Shown: piece by piece, positions 32,519-42,702 of the stretch
Numbering within the stretch: position 1 is the first letter of the stretch
Layout of the letters: the number at the start of each line of letters is the position of its first letter
Assembly: GCA_963833125.1 (NCBI GenBank)
Contig: CAWHWX010000001.1
Span: 192,001-256,000 of the forward strand
Origin: Candidatus Bathyarchaeota archaeon
GTDB lineage: Archaea > Thermoproteota > Bathyarchaeia > 40CM-2-53-6
Direction: 5' to 3'
DNA length: 64,000 nt
Position numbers and translations under genes: made by a program
Notes under the pieces: generated by a model
Database searches by the model: none
The model's input: only the letters and a program-made list of their open reading frames with translations
What the model was told of the DNA's origin: nothing

Positions 32519-32931
32519 TCCGACGCCCCAGGCGTCTTCAGCCACGCTCTGTTCCGTATGTATTGGAGGAGTAGGGTGTGGAGCAGTGTTTGCTGCGTCA
32601 CGCCGTCCAAGCGTGCTCTCGTCAGAATTTTCTGTTTAAACTCTCTAGAGATGTGGATCGTAACGCTCTTGGTGTGCTTCTGCACGCCGACACCCTGGTT
32701 ATCTTCGAGGCCTGTGTGGATTGCCTGAAAGATGAGAAGGGCCATGTTCGGGAACCCGCTCTCCTCAACCACCCTCCTCAGCTGATCATGTTCGTCGGCG
32801 GATAATCGAATCCTCAACTTCGCCTTACCCCTCCCCCTCGCCGTGGCCTCGTCCCTCGTTTCTTCAGCCGATTCCCCCACACACCCAGCCCGCAGGCCTC
32901 GTAAAGGAGAGTTGAGGTTTGCCGCTACCAT
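32515..32931 (-). CDS. Tandem ribbon-helix-helix DNA-binding protein
   Basis: KLRIRLSADEHDQLRRVV...LIFQAI and SVTIHISREFKQKI...GVTQQTLLHTLL; overlaps the terS start. Confidence 0.6.
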   Translation of the reverse strand: MVAANLNSPLRGLRAGCVGESAEETRDEATARGRGKAKLRIRLSADEHDQLRRVVEESGFPNMALLIFQAIHTGLEDNQGVGVQKHTKSVTIHISREFKQKILTRARLDGVTQQTLLHTLLLQYIRNRAWLKTPGASE

Positions 32932-32989
32932 CGTGGGTAGGGAGGTAGCTGAAACACTCGATTCTAGCCCAACTCAAACCCGAACCAAT

Positions 32990-33172
32990 TACCCACCCCT
33001 CCTAGCTCCGCACACCCTCAGCCGCGACCATTCCCTCCCACACACCACCAGCGAATGCCTCACACAAACCCCAAAACCAACCCCCCCACCCCAAAAAATG
33101 CACCACCCCCCACCACCCCACCCAAACACACACACGTGAATATCCACCCAACCACCAAACACAACTCCACAC
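32990..33172. repeat. Low-complexity C/A-rich tract (G-tracts on minus strand)
   Basis: Runs such as ccccaaaaccaacccccccaccccaaaaaatgcaccacccccccaccacccca. Confidence 0.85.
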
Positions 33173-33306
33173 AGGTACTCGAAAATGACCCTGAAACGCG
33201 TACGCGGTACCATTGTACCGACAATGAAACCCCCGGCCATTCGATTGAGGTGCCGGATAAGGCTTAACTTAATCTAAGCTAGCAAATCCGTTCGAGTCAA
33301 ACCCCA

Positions 33307-33861
33307 TTGATGGATAAGAAGCGGATGCAGGAACTAACTGGTTCATTGCTTGAGGCGATCGGTGAGAACCCCAAACGCGAGGGTCTCAGAGACACACCCA
33401 GGCGGGTTGCGGACATGTTCGCTGAACTCACCGAAGGTTACGCTATGGACCCAAAGGAGATTCTGTCCAGAGAATGGAACGAAGTTAGCGGCATGGTGGT
33501 AGCAAAAGAGATCGGCTTCTTCAGTTTGTGTGAACATCACATTCTCCCCTTCTATGGGAAGGTGCATATCGGCTACATTCCATCGAAGGCGGTTGTGGGT
33601 CTTTCGAAGCTCGTCAGGATAGTAGATTGTTACAGCAAGCGACTCCAACTCCAAGAGCGAATGACTAAGCAGATTGCAGACGCTTTAAACGAAAACCTGC
33701 ACCCGCTTGGGGTTGTTGTAGTGGTTCAGGCTCGTCATTTGTGTATGGAGATGAGGGGTGTGAAGAGCGGCGCAGACATCCTAACCTCAGAAATCCGCGG
33801 CCAGTTTGAGAAGTTCGAGACACGGAATGAGTTCTTCAACATGCTCCGCAAAGAGGTCTAA
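33307..33861 (+). CDS. folE: GTP cyclohydrolase I (type IA)
   Basis: TPRRVA, SLCEHHILPFYG, GLSKLVR, LQERMT, HLCMEMRG. Confidence 0.96.
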   Translation: MMDKKRMQELTGSLLEAIGENPKREGLRDTPRRVADMFAELTEGYAMDPKEILSREWNEVSGMVVAKEIGFFSLCEHHILPFYGKVHIGYIPSKAVVGLSKLVRIVDCYSKRLQLQERMTKQIADALNENLHPLGVVVVVQARHLCMEMRGVKSGADILTSEIRGQFEKFETRNEFFNMLRKEV

Positions 33862-33865
33862 ACCA

Positions 33866-34204
33866 ATGTCATCCTCCACAGAACCCGACATAGTACGTCT
33901 CTACCGCCGTGAATTTGCAGCGGCCCACATAATTGCTGGACACCCAAAGTGCGGCCGCCAACACGGACACAACTATACTCTCCTTGCGAAAGTGTACGGC
34001 AGTAGCCAAGCTTGGTTGGACTTTGAGGACATCAAACGGACGGTGGATGGGTTCATTGATGAGCGGTATGATCATCGGGATATGGGGAACATGACTTGCG
34101 AAGCCCTGGCTAGGCACCTACAAGAACAGCTCAGTATTCTGTTCAAGACTAGGGTGAAAATTGAGCTATGGGAGACTGGAAAATTCGGCGTCGAGACTGC
34201 GTAA
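33866..34204 (+). CDS. queD: 6-carboxytetrahydropterin synthase
   Basis: FAAAH, KCGRQHGHNY, DFEDIK, TCEALA, LWET. Confidence 0.9.
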   Translation: MSSSTEPDIVRLYRREFAAAHIIAGHPKCGRQHGHNYTLLAKVYGSSQAWLDFEDIKRTVDGFIDERYDHRDMGNMTCEALARHLQEQLSILFKTRVKIELWETGKFGVETA

Positions 34205-34239
34205 ATTCGCCTACAAACATGCAATTTCAGTGTTCTAAC

Positions 34240-34659
34240 TTAGTACTTTTCCACTTCTCCGCGTACTTGACCTGCCTTCAGGAGGGCGAAGTGATGAACG
34301 TCTGTGGGGACACGGAGTTTGCCGGTGTTGTGGATTCGATCTATCTTCTGGAAAGCCTCTCGATCAACATCCTTGTCGAACGTCAGCTCTCCACTGTTCT
34401 CAAGGTGGAAGTTACCAAGCTCCTTGTGAAGGCCCATGATGTCGGATTTGGAGAGGAGGACGGAGCCGGCGATGACTAACCTCTTTGTGTCAAATACATC
34501 TGGGCTTTCGGATGGAGTTTGATTCATATATTGAGTTAGGGCTTCGTTTACGAGGTCGGCGACGTTCTTCCCCTGCTGCTTTGCCTTGGCTACCACGTTG
34601 TTGTAGGTATCCCGATCTAACCCGCGAATCAGGACCGCATTGTTTGCCATGATAGCCAT
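34240..34659 (-). CDS. RHH-domain protein with unknown C-terminal domain
   Basis: VLIRGLDRDTYNNVVAKAKQQGKNVADLVNEAL. Confidence 0.75.
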   Translation of the reverse strand: MAIMANNAVLIRGLDRDTYNNVVAKAKQQGKNVADLVNEALTQYMNQTPSESPDVFDTKRLVIAGSVLLSKSDIMGLHKELGNFHLENSGELTFDKDVDREAFQKIDRIHNTGKLRVPTDVHHFALLKAGQVRGEVEKY

Positions 34660-34821
34660 CTCACAAAGTTACCGTGCTTAATCTGATATCTTGATTACAT
34701 TGATAACATCGCTTTCTTATAAATCTTGTTAATTCTAATAACACCCGTTAACGTGTACTATGTGATTGCCTCGCTTGCACGAGCAAACGTGGCATGTGCC
34801 AGAAAAAGGAGGAAAATCAAT

Positions 34822-34992
34822 TTGGTTGAAGACCTGGAAAGATTACTGTTCGAAGAAATCCCTGAGATGGAGACCCCGGGTATCAAGCGGTGCGAGTGGT
34901 GCAAACAGCCTCTCCCTAACGACCGATACCACCTCAAGATCTGCCCCCAGTGCCGCAAGGAATCCATCGACCTCTTCATGAAAGCCCACTAG
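34822..34992 (+). CDS. Small zinc-ribbon protein
   Basis: AGGAGG then TTG; CEWC...CPQC. Confidence 0.6.
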   Translation: MVEDLERLLFEEIPEMETPGIKRCEWCKQPLPNDRYHLKICPQCRKESIDLFMKAH

Positions 34993-35260
34993 ACCCCCGT
35001 GTCGAGGGGGCCTCCCTCTCCGAACAGGCGTCTCGAACGCAAACCACTCAATTTTGAGTATTATTCTCCGTCCCTCTGTATTGATATTCTGGTCTACGTG
35101 GAACCGGGAACGCAAGATCCGCAGGTCAAGTCCCCCCGGCGAACATGTCCCGGTAGACTCCTGGGAAGGCTACTCAAGGGTTGGATGCATCGAATAGCGT
35201 TTTTGCAACCTCTAGTTTGGCTTAGCCCGAAACCAAAAATGTGCAACCCCTCAGCTTTGG

Positions 35261-35929
35261 TTGGGGATATCTGTGGTTAGGGCACTTGTGCTTCTGTCGG
35301 GTGGAATCGATTCTGCGGCCGCACTTTACTTGACGAAGCAGGAGACTGATGATATCTACTCAATGAACATGATCTATTCCCAATCTTACGATGCCGAAGC
35401 TGAGGCGGCAAAGAAGATCGCCGAGGCGGCCCATGTGAGAGAACATTTGACCATCTTCCTTCCGTTCTTCAAAGACATCGAGAAACGATACAAGCCAACT
35501 CCATCCTCAAAGACCTCTTCCGCGTACGTTCCAGCTCGAAACATAGTCTTCTACGGCGTCGCGGCTGCTTACGCTGAAACCCTCAAGGTGAACAAAATAA
35601 TTTTTGGTTCAAATGCTGATGATGCGAAAGAACTTCCTGACGCCCGTCCGGCGTTCATTCAACGCATGAATGAGTTGATACGATATGGGACACGAGCAGG
35701 GAGTGAAGGGTTCCTGATCGAAACTGTCAACCCTCTAATCAACTACAGCAAGAGCGAAGTGCTCAAACTCGCTATAGCGTTGAAGGTGCCATTGCAGTTG
35801 ACCTGGAGCTGCTTCGAGGACGCTAAGGTCCCTTGCGGAAAATGTCGCGGCTGCAATAACAGGAGAAAAGCATTCGACCGGCTTGGCGTGCCGGACCCAT
35901 TGCTTTCAGGCAGAAATCCTAAGAAGTAA
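35261..35929 (+). CDS. queC: 7-cyano-7-deazaguanine synthase
   Basis: LLSGGIDS, YVPARN, PDAR, TWSC...PCGKCRGC. Confidence 0.94.
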   Translation: MGISVVRALVLLSGGIDSAAALYLTKQETDDIYSMNMIYSQSYDAEAEAAKKIAEAAHVREHLTIFLPFFKDIEKRYKPTPSSKTSSAYVPARNIVFYGVAAAYAETLKVNKIIFGSNADDAKELPDARPAFIQRMNELIRYGTRAGSEGFLIETVNPLINYSKSEVLKLAIALKVPLQLTWSCFEDAKVPCGKCRGCNNRRKAFDRLGVPDPLLSGRNPKK

Positions 35930-36163
35930 TTTCAGAGTTACATCGCGTCGGCTAAGTAACCAATAAAAGCCTTGTCCACTCAAGTTCATGGCTGGGGAAT
36001 TGGTAAGCCAATTTTCCAGTCGAAGTACCCCAAAGGTTGTTGAATGCGGCGATGCATTTTTCACTCTGTAGGGTACAATATTTTATACAATTCTGTCGAA
36101 AACTATTAAAGTGCGATAGGGGGCTTACACGGTTCCTTACCTTTTGAGGAGGCAGAAATCAAA

Positions 36164-38750
36164 TTGGTAGCCCACGTTCAGTCATCGAAAAGGAAACCTT
36201 CACCCACCCTCAAGATCGCTCAGATTAGAAAGCGCGATGGACGCATAGTCGCATTTGATAAAGAAAAGATCACTAGCGCCGTTTACAAGGCCATCATCGC
36301 CACTGGCGGAAGAGAAGACCGAACCCTAGCAGAGTCGCTCTCAACGTGCGTGATCGAGATACTCAACGAAAAATACGGCACAGGAACTATCCCCGCAGTA
36401 GAAGACGCACAAGATGTGGTTGAGCGTGCGCTGGTTGAAAATGGGCAGGCGAAGGTAGCTAAGGCATACATTATTTACAGGCAAAAACGCGCCGAGATCC
36501 GTCGGGAGAAACAGCGAGTTCTCGAGAAGGAGGTTATTGACGAGGTTGACAAGGTATTCGACCTAAACGCCTTACGTGTTCTCAAGGCTAGGTATCTGAA
36601 GAAGGATGAGACTGGCAAACTGGTAGAAACACCAAAACAACTTTTCACAAGAATAGCCGTTCACGCGGCCTTACCCGACCTTTTGTACGATACCGAGGTT
36701 TTCGACATCACTAAGAAACAACATCCACACGGACATGAGGCTTTCAATCCGGAAGAATTCCATGAGAAGGTCTCCATTGGGAAGTATCCGCTCAATCGGT
36801 ATCACCTTGAAGCATTGAAGAGAATGTACGACCGATTCGATCTGGGAGGCGAGGCTAAGGTTTCGTGGCAAGCGTTCTTTGATATGCTCAAGAGTGGACG
36901 GTTTAACAAGTTTGAGAAGTCGATTAACTCGTTTTACGAGTTAATGGTAACTCGGAAATTCATGCCTAACACGCCGGCCATCGCAAACTTCGGAAACGTC
37001 CTCGGCATGGGGTCCGCCTGCTTCGTTCTCGGCGTGGAGGATTCTATCGAGAGCATTATGGAGACACTGAAACAAACTGCTGTGGTATTCAAGGCTGGGG
37101 GCGGAATGGGTTATAATTTCTCGAAACTTAGACCGGAAGGAGACTACGTTAGTTCGACCTCAGGCGTGGCCTCCGGCCCGATCAGCTTCATGATGTTATT
37201 CGACACCATGACCGACGTTATCAAACAGGGCGGGATCCGACGCGGCGCCAACATGGGCATCCTCGACAGCAACCACCCGGACGTGGAGAAGTTCATCACG
37301 GCAAAGAAGGGCAACAAGGCGCTTAGGAACTTCAACATATCCGTTCTGATAATGCCTGAGTTCTGGGAAAGTTTCAAGTCCAATAAATCCTACCCTCTCG
37401 TAAACCCCAGAACGGGACAGGTTGTACGCGAAGTAAATGCCCGCCTGCTATTCGACATGATCGTTTACCAAGCCTGGGAAAGCGCGGAGCCGGGAGTAAT
37501 TTTCTTCGACCATGTGAACGAGCACAATCCATTCCTCAAACACCTAGGACCGATAGTGACCACTAACCCCTGTGGCGAAGTTCTACTCTACCCTAACGAA
37601 TCATGCAATCTTGGCAGCATCAACGTCTGGGCATTCATTAAGCATGATGCGAATGGGAAGACAACCTACGATTGGGATGGATTACGCGAAGCCGTGTACA
37701 CTGGTTCCAGATTTCTCGACAACGTCATTGACGTGAACAACTTCCCACTCAAAGCCATCGAAGACATGACGCTCGCAACAAGGAAAATCGGTTTAGGAGT
37801 TATGGGTCTCGCCGACCTCCTCTTTGAACTCCGAGCTACCTACAGTAGCGATCAAGGAAGAAAACTCATGGAAGAACTCATGGAGTTCATCAACTATCAT
37901 TCGAAGATCGTGTCCATCGAGCTCGCAAAGGAACGCGGCCCCCTACCCTACTACAACAAGAGCTTCTACCCCGAAGGAAGGCTTCCCTTCTCAGCATTCA
38001 ACGATAGAAAGTCGTGGCACTTTGAATGGGATAAGATCGCTGAGATGATTAAGCGGCACGGTGTCCGGAACGGTTACACGACCGTCATCGCTCCAACCGG
38101 GAGCATCTCAATGATTGCTGGTTGCAGCAGCGGAATTGAACCCATCTACTCCCTAGTCTTCGAGAAACACGTGAAAGTTGGAAGTTTCTACTACATTGAC
38201 CCTGTCTTCGAACGGGTGATGACGGAAGAAGGGTTGTTCGGAGAAGATTTGCTGAGCGACGTCACAGAACACGGCGGCTCTATCCAAAGGATCACCTACA
38301 TACCCGAAGATTTGAAACGGGTATACATTACAGCGATGGATATTCGCCCCGAAGACCACATACGAGCATTAGCAGCCTTTCCAAAGATGGACTGACTCAT
38401 CAATATCTAAAACGAACAACTTCCCCGCAAACGCCACCGTCGAAAACATGCGCGAATCGTATCTGCTAGCCTACAGGCTAGGTTGCAAAGACGTGACCGT
38501 CTTCCGAGATACATCAATCAAGGGCCAAGTTCTCGTAGCCCCCCGCAAGAAACACGAGTCTTCCCAAAGTCAAGAGAAACCCGAAGAAGAACAGGTACCA
38601 AGCGCACCGAAACTCCTAGCCGTCCCGTTAGTGGGCGGTTCTCAAGGCGTTGGGGAGCAACTCAAGATCTGCCCGCAATGCACAAGCCAAGTCGTATACC
38701 AAGAAGGGTGCTACATCTGCCCCGAATGCGGATGTGGCGCATGCTCCTAA
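36164..38750 (+). CDS. nrdJ: Class II (B12-dependent) ribonucleotide reductase with ATP cone; frameshift near 38380
   Basis: IRKRDGRIVAFD, FMPNTP, SACFV, RRGANM, TNPCGE, IAPTGSIS, C-terminal CxxC motifs. Confidence 0.95.
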
Positions 38751-38881
38751 ACACATAATCTTCGAGCCATTCCCGATCGCACGACCAATCACTGCTCAAA
38801 CCCATCTGTACGTCCCATCAAAATCCACGTCCCCACAGTTCACATTTAATTCCCAACACGGAGACTATAACACAGGTTTCC

Positions 38882-39572
38882 TTGGACAAGAATCTGCTTA
38901 GGGTAGTCAACAGGATTCGGGATAGGGATCTTCGAAAGAAAGTGTCTGGGTTACTTCAGAAACCGTCGATCAAGATCGGTGGCCGTACTTATTCTGGGAT
39001 ATCAATCGAGAAGTCTCCTGCCAGCGTATGGCATCACCACAATTATCCAGGAGGCTTCGTGGAACACACGTTGGCCCTTTACGAACTCTGCATTGGTTTA
39101 ACTAGAATTGTTGAAGAGGGTTTACGGGTGCCGAGTCGATAAGGATCTTGTAATCTGCGGGGTTCTCTTGCACGACATTTTCAAACCCGCCACCTACAAC
39201 GAGAGAAGTGAGGGGAGATATCGTCGTTCGGATTTAGCCGAACGACTTGATCACCTAACTCTCGCGACTGCGGAATTAATCCGAAGAGGCTTCCCCTTGG
39301 AGGCAGTCCATGTCGTAGCGGCAAGCCATGGAAGACAATACGGGCCCATTGGCCCCATGACAATTGAAGCATTAATCCTCCATCTGGGTGATGATGCTGA
39401 AGCCCAGCTTAATGGCGAGGTACTCAGTGCTGCACGCTTCATGATTCGCGAAATTACAGGAAACGAGCCTCAAAGTTTGAGCGGAAAGGAAGCCTTTGCG
39501 GTTGTCAGAACCAAAACGGATCGGGGCTGGGATGGCCTCAGAGATTATCTCACCAAGAAAGGAATTACCTAG
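38882..39572 (+). CDS. HD-domain phosphohydrolase (YhaM-like), frameshifted
   Basis: PASVWHHHNYPGGFVEHT; LLHDIFK; DH; SHG; EALILH. Confidence 0.85.
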
Positions 39573-39647
39573 GGAGCCATTTATGCGTATTATTCTATAT
39601 GGAGAAGTTACTTATTCGCCTTAAGTGTCGTTGGGGTCGATTTCGTA

Positions 39648-41084
39648 TTGTCAAAAATCTCTCTGCGAAGAACCGATCTTTTCACACCAAGGTTTCTGGT
39701 TTGGTGGTGCATAATTTGGGCGCTGCTAATCGGTATTCTGGCGCCCGTTGTGAACGCGTTCACTCCGTTACTGTATAACAGTCCGGTGGCTCACTTGTGG
39801 ACGCCCGACATATTCTGGAGGCTTGTCCTCTACTATCATGGGGCTTTCATTCCGTGGATGATCTCCCTTGCGGCGTTGGCAGTCGCGGCGCTGGGGTTGG
39901 ATTCTATGAAGGATAGGATCGGAGTGCATTTGAAACACTTGGTACTCATCGGAGGGTTCTTCGCTGTACCGCTGGCCGCCCTAGGTGCCATTTTCGACGT
40001 CTACCCCACTTTCGGCTTTGGCATTCCAGTATGGACGCAAGTGGTTTCCATCGGCATAGGTGGCGAGGCAGTGTTCTTCCTGATCCTATCCTTACTAATC
40101 TACCCCAGGCAATCCTCCAAGGGTTTTGGAAGTGTAGGGCTTCCTTACTACATTGTACTGCTCAGCGCCATCGGCGTCATACTGGCCGCACTAATGGGTG
40201 ACGCGTCAGGGTGGATTATTTGGTTTGGTCCATGGCCGGCAATCGTCCCCCAATACATCAACAGCACAATGTACCCGGTACTCGGGTTCTATAATTCAAC
40301 CGCAGTCGTAACTTTTACTCAGGACATGGTTGGCAGCCATTCGCACTTAATGCTGCCATCCGTCATGGCCGCGATAGTAGCCCTCACCCCCGCAGTCTAC
40401 GGTTATGCTAAGTGGGAGAAGAATGAGAAGGCAATCTCAACGATTGGATTGGTAATAATGGGCGTGGGGCTGCTGGGAAGCATATGGGTCTACATCGTCT
40501 CCGGAGTCGGTAACTACTCGATTCCTACGCTACTACCATCGGGCCCCAACGGGCTCGCCGCGGATGATGCCATTACCGGTATTGTGGGTCTAGGAGCCGT
40601 CTTCGTGCTGATTGCATTACTGCTTCATGCAAGTAAAGGTAAGACTACGGAGGATAAGGTTCTGATTAAGGACTCCCTCTTTCTCTCACTAATTGCCTCG
40701 TGGATATTCATTTACCTGCTCATTCCGATCACCGGTATCTATATCGAATTCAACGAGTCGTTTTACAAAGCCGCCGGGATTGGCTTTGATGAGGCCTACG
40801 GTAGGTTCCACCAGGACCTTGCATTCTTCCTGCTACCAGCCTTAGTAACCACCGTTTTGATTTTCGATCTATTCGGATTGTCCGGCAAATCTAGAAGGAG
40901 GGTAGGTTTGCTGTATTTGGTCGGAGCGAGTATTGCTTTCGTCTTCGGCATGCTCTACTCGATGTTCACGTTGGACATGACCTACCTGTATATCGCAGCC
41001 TGTGGGGCTGTACTCATGGGGTTCGGAGCGTTGCTCGGCGCCGAGTATGTGAGAAAATCGGGCAAGGCAGTCCTCCACAATTAA
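39648..41084 (+). CDS. About 12-TM membrane protein with intramembrane His motifs
   Basis: Hydrophobic helices; YYHG, SHSH, RFHQD. Confidence 0.85.
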   Translation: MSKISLRRTDLFTPRFLVWWCIIWALLIGILAPVVNAFTPLLYNSPVAHLWTPDIFWRLVLYYHGAFIPWMISLAALAVAALGLDSMKDRIGVHLKHLVLIGGFFAVPLAALGAIFDVYPTFGFGIPVWTQVVSIGIGGEAVFFLILSLLIYPRQSSKGFGSVGLPYYIVLLSAIGVILAALMGDASGWIIWFGPWPAIVPQYINSTMYPVLGFYNSTAVVTFTQDMVGSHSHLMLPSVMAAIVALTPAVYGYAKWEKNEKAISTIGLVIMGVGLLGSIWVYIVSGVGNYSIPTLLPSGPNGLAADDAITGIVGLGAVFVLIALLLHASKGKTTEDKVLIKDSLFLSLIASWIFIYLLIPITGIYIEFNESFYKAAGIGFDEAYGRFHQDLAFFLLPALVTTVLIFDLFGLSGKSRRRVGLLYLVGASIAFVFGMLYSMFTLDMTYLYIAACGAVLMGFGALLGAEYVRKSGKAVLHN

Positions 41085-41134
41085 GACAGAATTTGCAGGA
41101 AGTAATCACCGTCCGCGTTTGCTAACTGGTGGGA

Positions 41135-41431
41135 TTGATACATTCATCAAGACTTGCATTCTTCCTACTACCCGCTCTAGCCACCAGCCTCCTAGTCTTC
41201 GAAGCATTCAATGTTACAGATAAGACGAGACGGATCATCGGATCCCTGTACCTCGTATGCTCAATTGTAACTTTCATTTTCGGATACACGTATACCATGT
41301 TGACCTTAGACTTCCTCTCGCTGACGGTGGCTGCGTTCGGTGGAGTGCTCATTGGGGTTGGGTGTCATATTTGGCGCGGAATAGCTGAGAAAATCAGGCT
41401 GGGCGACGACATAATCCACAGATACGCATAG
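41135..41431 (+). pseudogene. Partial tandem duplicate of the last helices of the 39648 gene
   Basis: catcaagacttgcattcttcctactacccgct (HQD/LAFFLLPAL) matches FHQDLAFFLLPAL. Confidence 0.75.
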
Positions 41432-41460
41432 TGAATAACCTCATACAACAATCGTGTGTA

Positions 41461-42663
41461 CTAGACAGCATTCAGGTACTGGGCTATTTTCTCTAAGCCC
41501 AGTCGGATTCGTTCTTCTGTTTCGCTCACAAACGTCAATCTGATGTGTCCCATTCCGTTGTCGCCGAAGAACCGACCTGGGATGACCGCCACATTTGTGT
41601 TTCTGAACAAAGTGTCTGCAAACTCTTCTTCCGTCTGGTTACGCTTCGTCAAGTAGTCGCGCATGTCGACGAAGTAGTAGTAGGCACCGGCTGGCTTCAC
41701 GGTTTTGGCCAGTGGGAGATATTGTTGTATCATTCTCCCCATGAAGTCACGTTTCTTAGCGTAAGCGGTCACTGAGTCTTTGATGTATCCCACCTTCATG
41801 TTTTCGTTAAGGAATTTCACCAGAGGGAATTGTGCTAGGCTTTCAGGCGCAAGAGTGCTATACTGTTGCATTTTCTCGATCGCATCAATCACTTGCTTTG
41901 AAGCCAGTGTGTATCCTAGCCTGAGGCCGGGTATGCCAGCCTCCTTCGAGAAACTACACACAGTGATAGTGCGCTCTTTAGCCCCGGGAAAACTACTGAT
42001 CCACACATGCTCCCCTTCATAGACGATGTGTTTGTAGATATCATCGCTGATTATCCAAAAGTCGTAGTCCTCGGCTAGGTCTACTAGGGTCTTGATGAAG
42101 GATTCATTGAGAATTCTACCAGTGGGGTTGTCCGGGGATAGCACGATCACGGCTTTGGTTTTCTTCGAGACAACTTCCTTAAGATCCTCGCCATCCGGTT
42201 GGTAATCGTTCTCGACGTGAACTGAAATCCACTTTGGCCGCCCAAGTGCCAGCCCAATAATCTCCCGGTATCCAAGGTAAGTTGGGTCGGTGAGGATTAC
42301 TTCGTCGTCCGAATCGATGAGTGACATGAGTGAGCCGTAGATGGATTCTGTTGCGCCCGTCGTTACGATTATCTCGGAGTTGGGATCGAAGTCAACCTTT
42401 CCATACTTCTTCACATCTTCAGCCACAGCTTCTCGAAGCTGAGGAATGCCTTTCGTGCCCGTGTACCCGCAACTCCTCAACGGATTTTCCTGCAGGAGAC
42501 GGCTGAATTCGTCAAGAAATTTCTGTGGGGGTGGAAGGCTGGGTGCACCTCCGCCGAAAGAGATTATGTCGCTGCGCTCGTGCGCCTCATCTAGGAGTGC
42601 GGCGACTCTGCGTATGGGGGAAGTGTGGATCTTGTCAATTCGAGATGATAGTTTAGCCATCAA
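41461..42663 (-). CDS. PLP-dependent aminotransferase class I/II
   Basis: SPDNPTG, SDDIY, SFSKEAGIPGLRLG. Confidence 0.93.
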   Translation of the reverse strand: MMAKLSSRIDKIHTSPIRRVAALLDEAHERSDIISFGGGAPSLPPPQKFLDEFSRLLQENPLRSCGYTGTKGIPQLREAVAEDVKKYGKVDFDPNSEIIVTTGATESIYGSLMSLIDSDDEVILTDPTYLGYREIIGLALGRPKWISVHVENDYQPDGEDLKEVVSKKTKAVIVLSPDNPTGRILNESFIKTLVDLAEDYDFWIISDDIYKHIVYEGEHVWISSFPGAKERTITVCSFSKEAGIPGLRLGYTLASKQVIDAIEKMQQYSTLAPESLAQFPLVKFLNENMKVGYIKDSVTAYAKKRDFMGRMIQQYLPLAKTVKPAGAYYYFVDMRDYLTKRNQTEEEFADTLFRNTNVAVIPGRFFGDNGMGHIRLTFVSETEERIRLGLEKIAQYLNAV

Positions 42664-42702
42664 AGGGTCGTTTCTGTCGTGCAGCGTAACCGTTTATACC
42701 GT

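Noticed and set aside
32843-33267. ORFs 32843-33139, 32989-33240 and 33055-33267
   Set aside because: Products of the low-complexity C/A tract (Pro/His/Thr- or Gly/Val-rich), with no protein-like features.
35214-35245. TTTGG-loop-CCAAA hairpin with A-run before queC as a preQ1-I riboswitch
   Set aside because: The loop lacks the conserved ligand-binding U/C pattern and the A-rich tail is too short.
30700-39572. Complete provirus including nrdJ and the HD gene
   Set aside because: No capsid, portal, tail or integrase genes; nrdJ and HD look like ordinary cellular genes.
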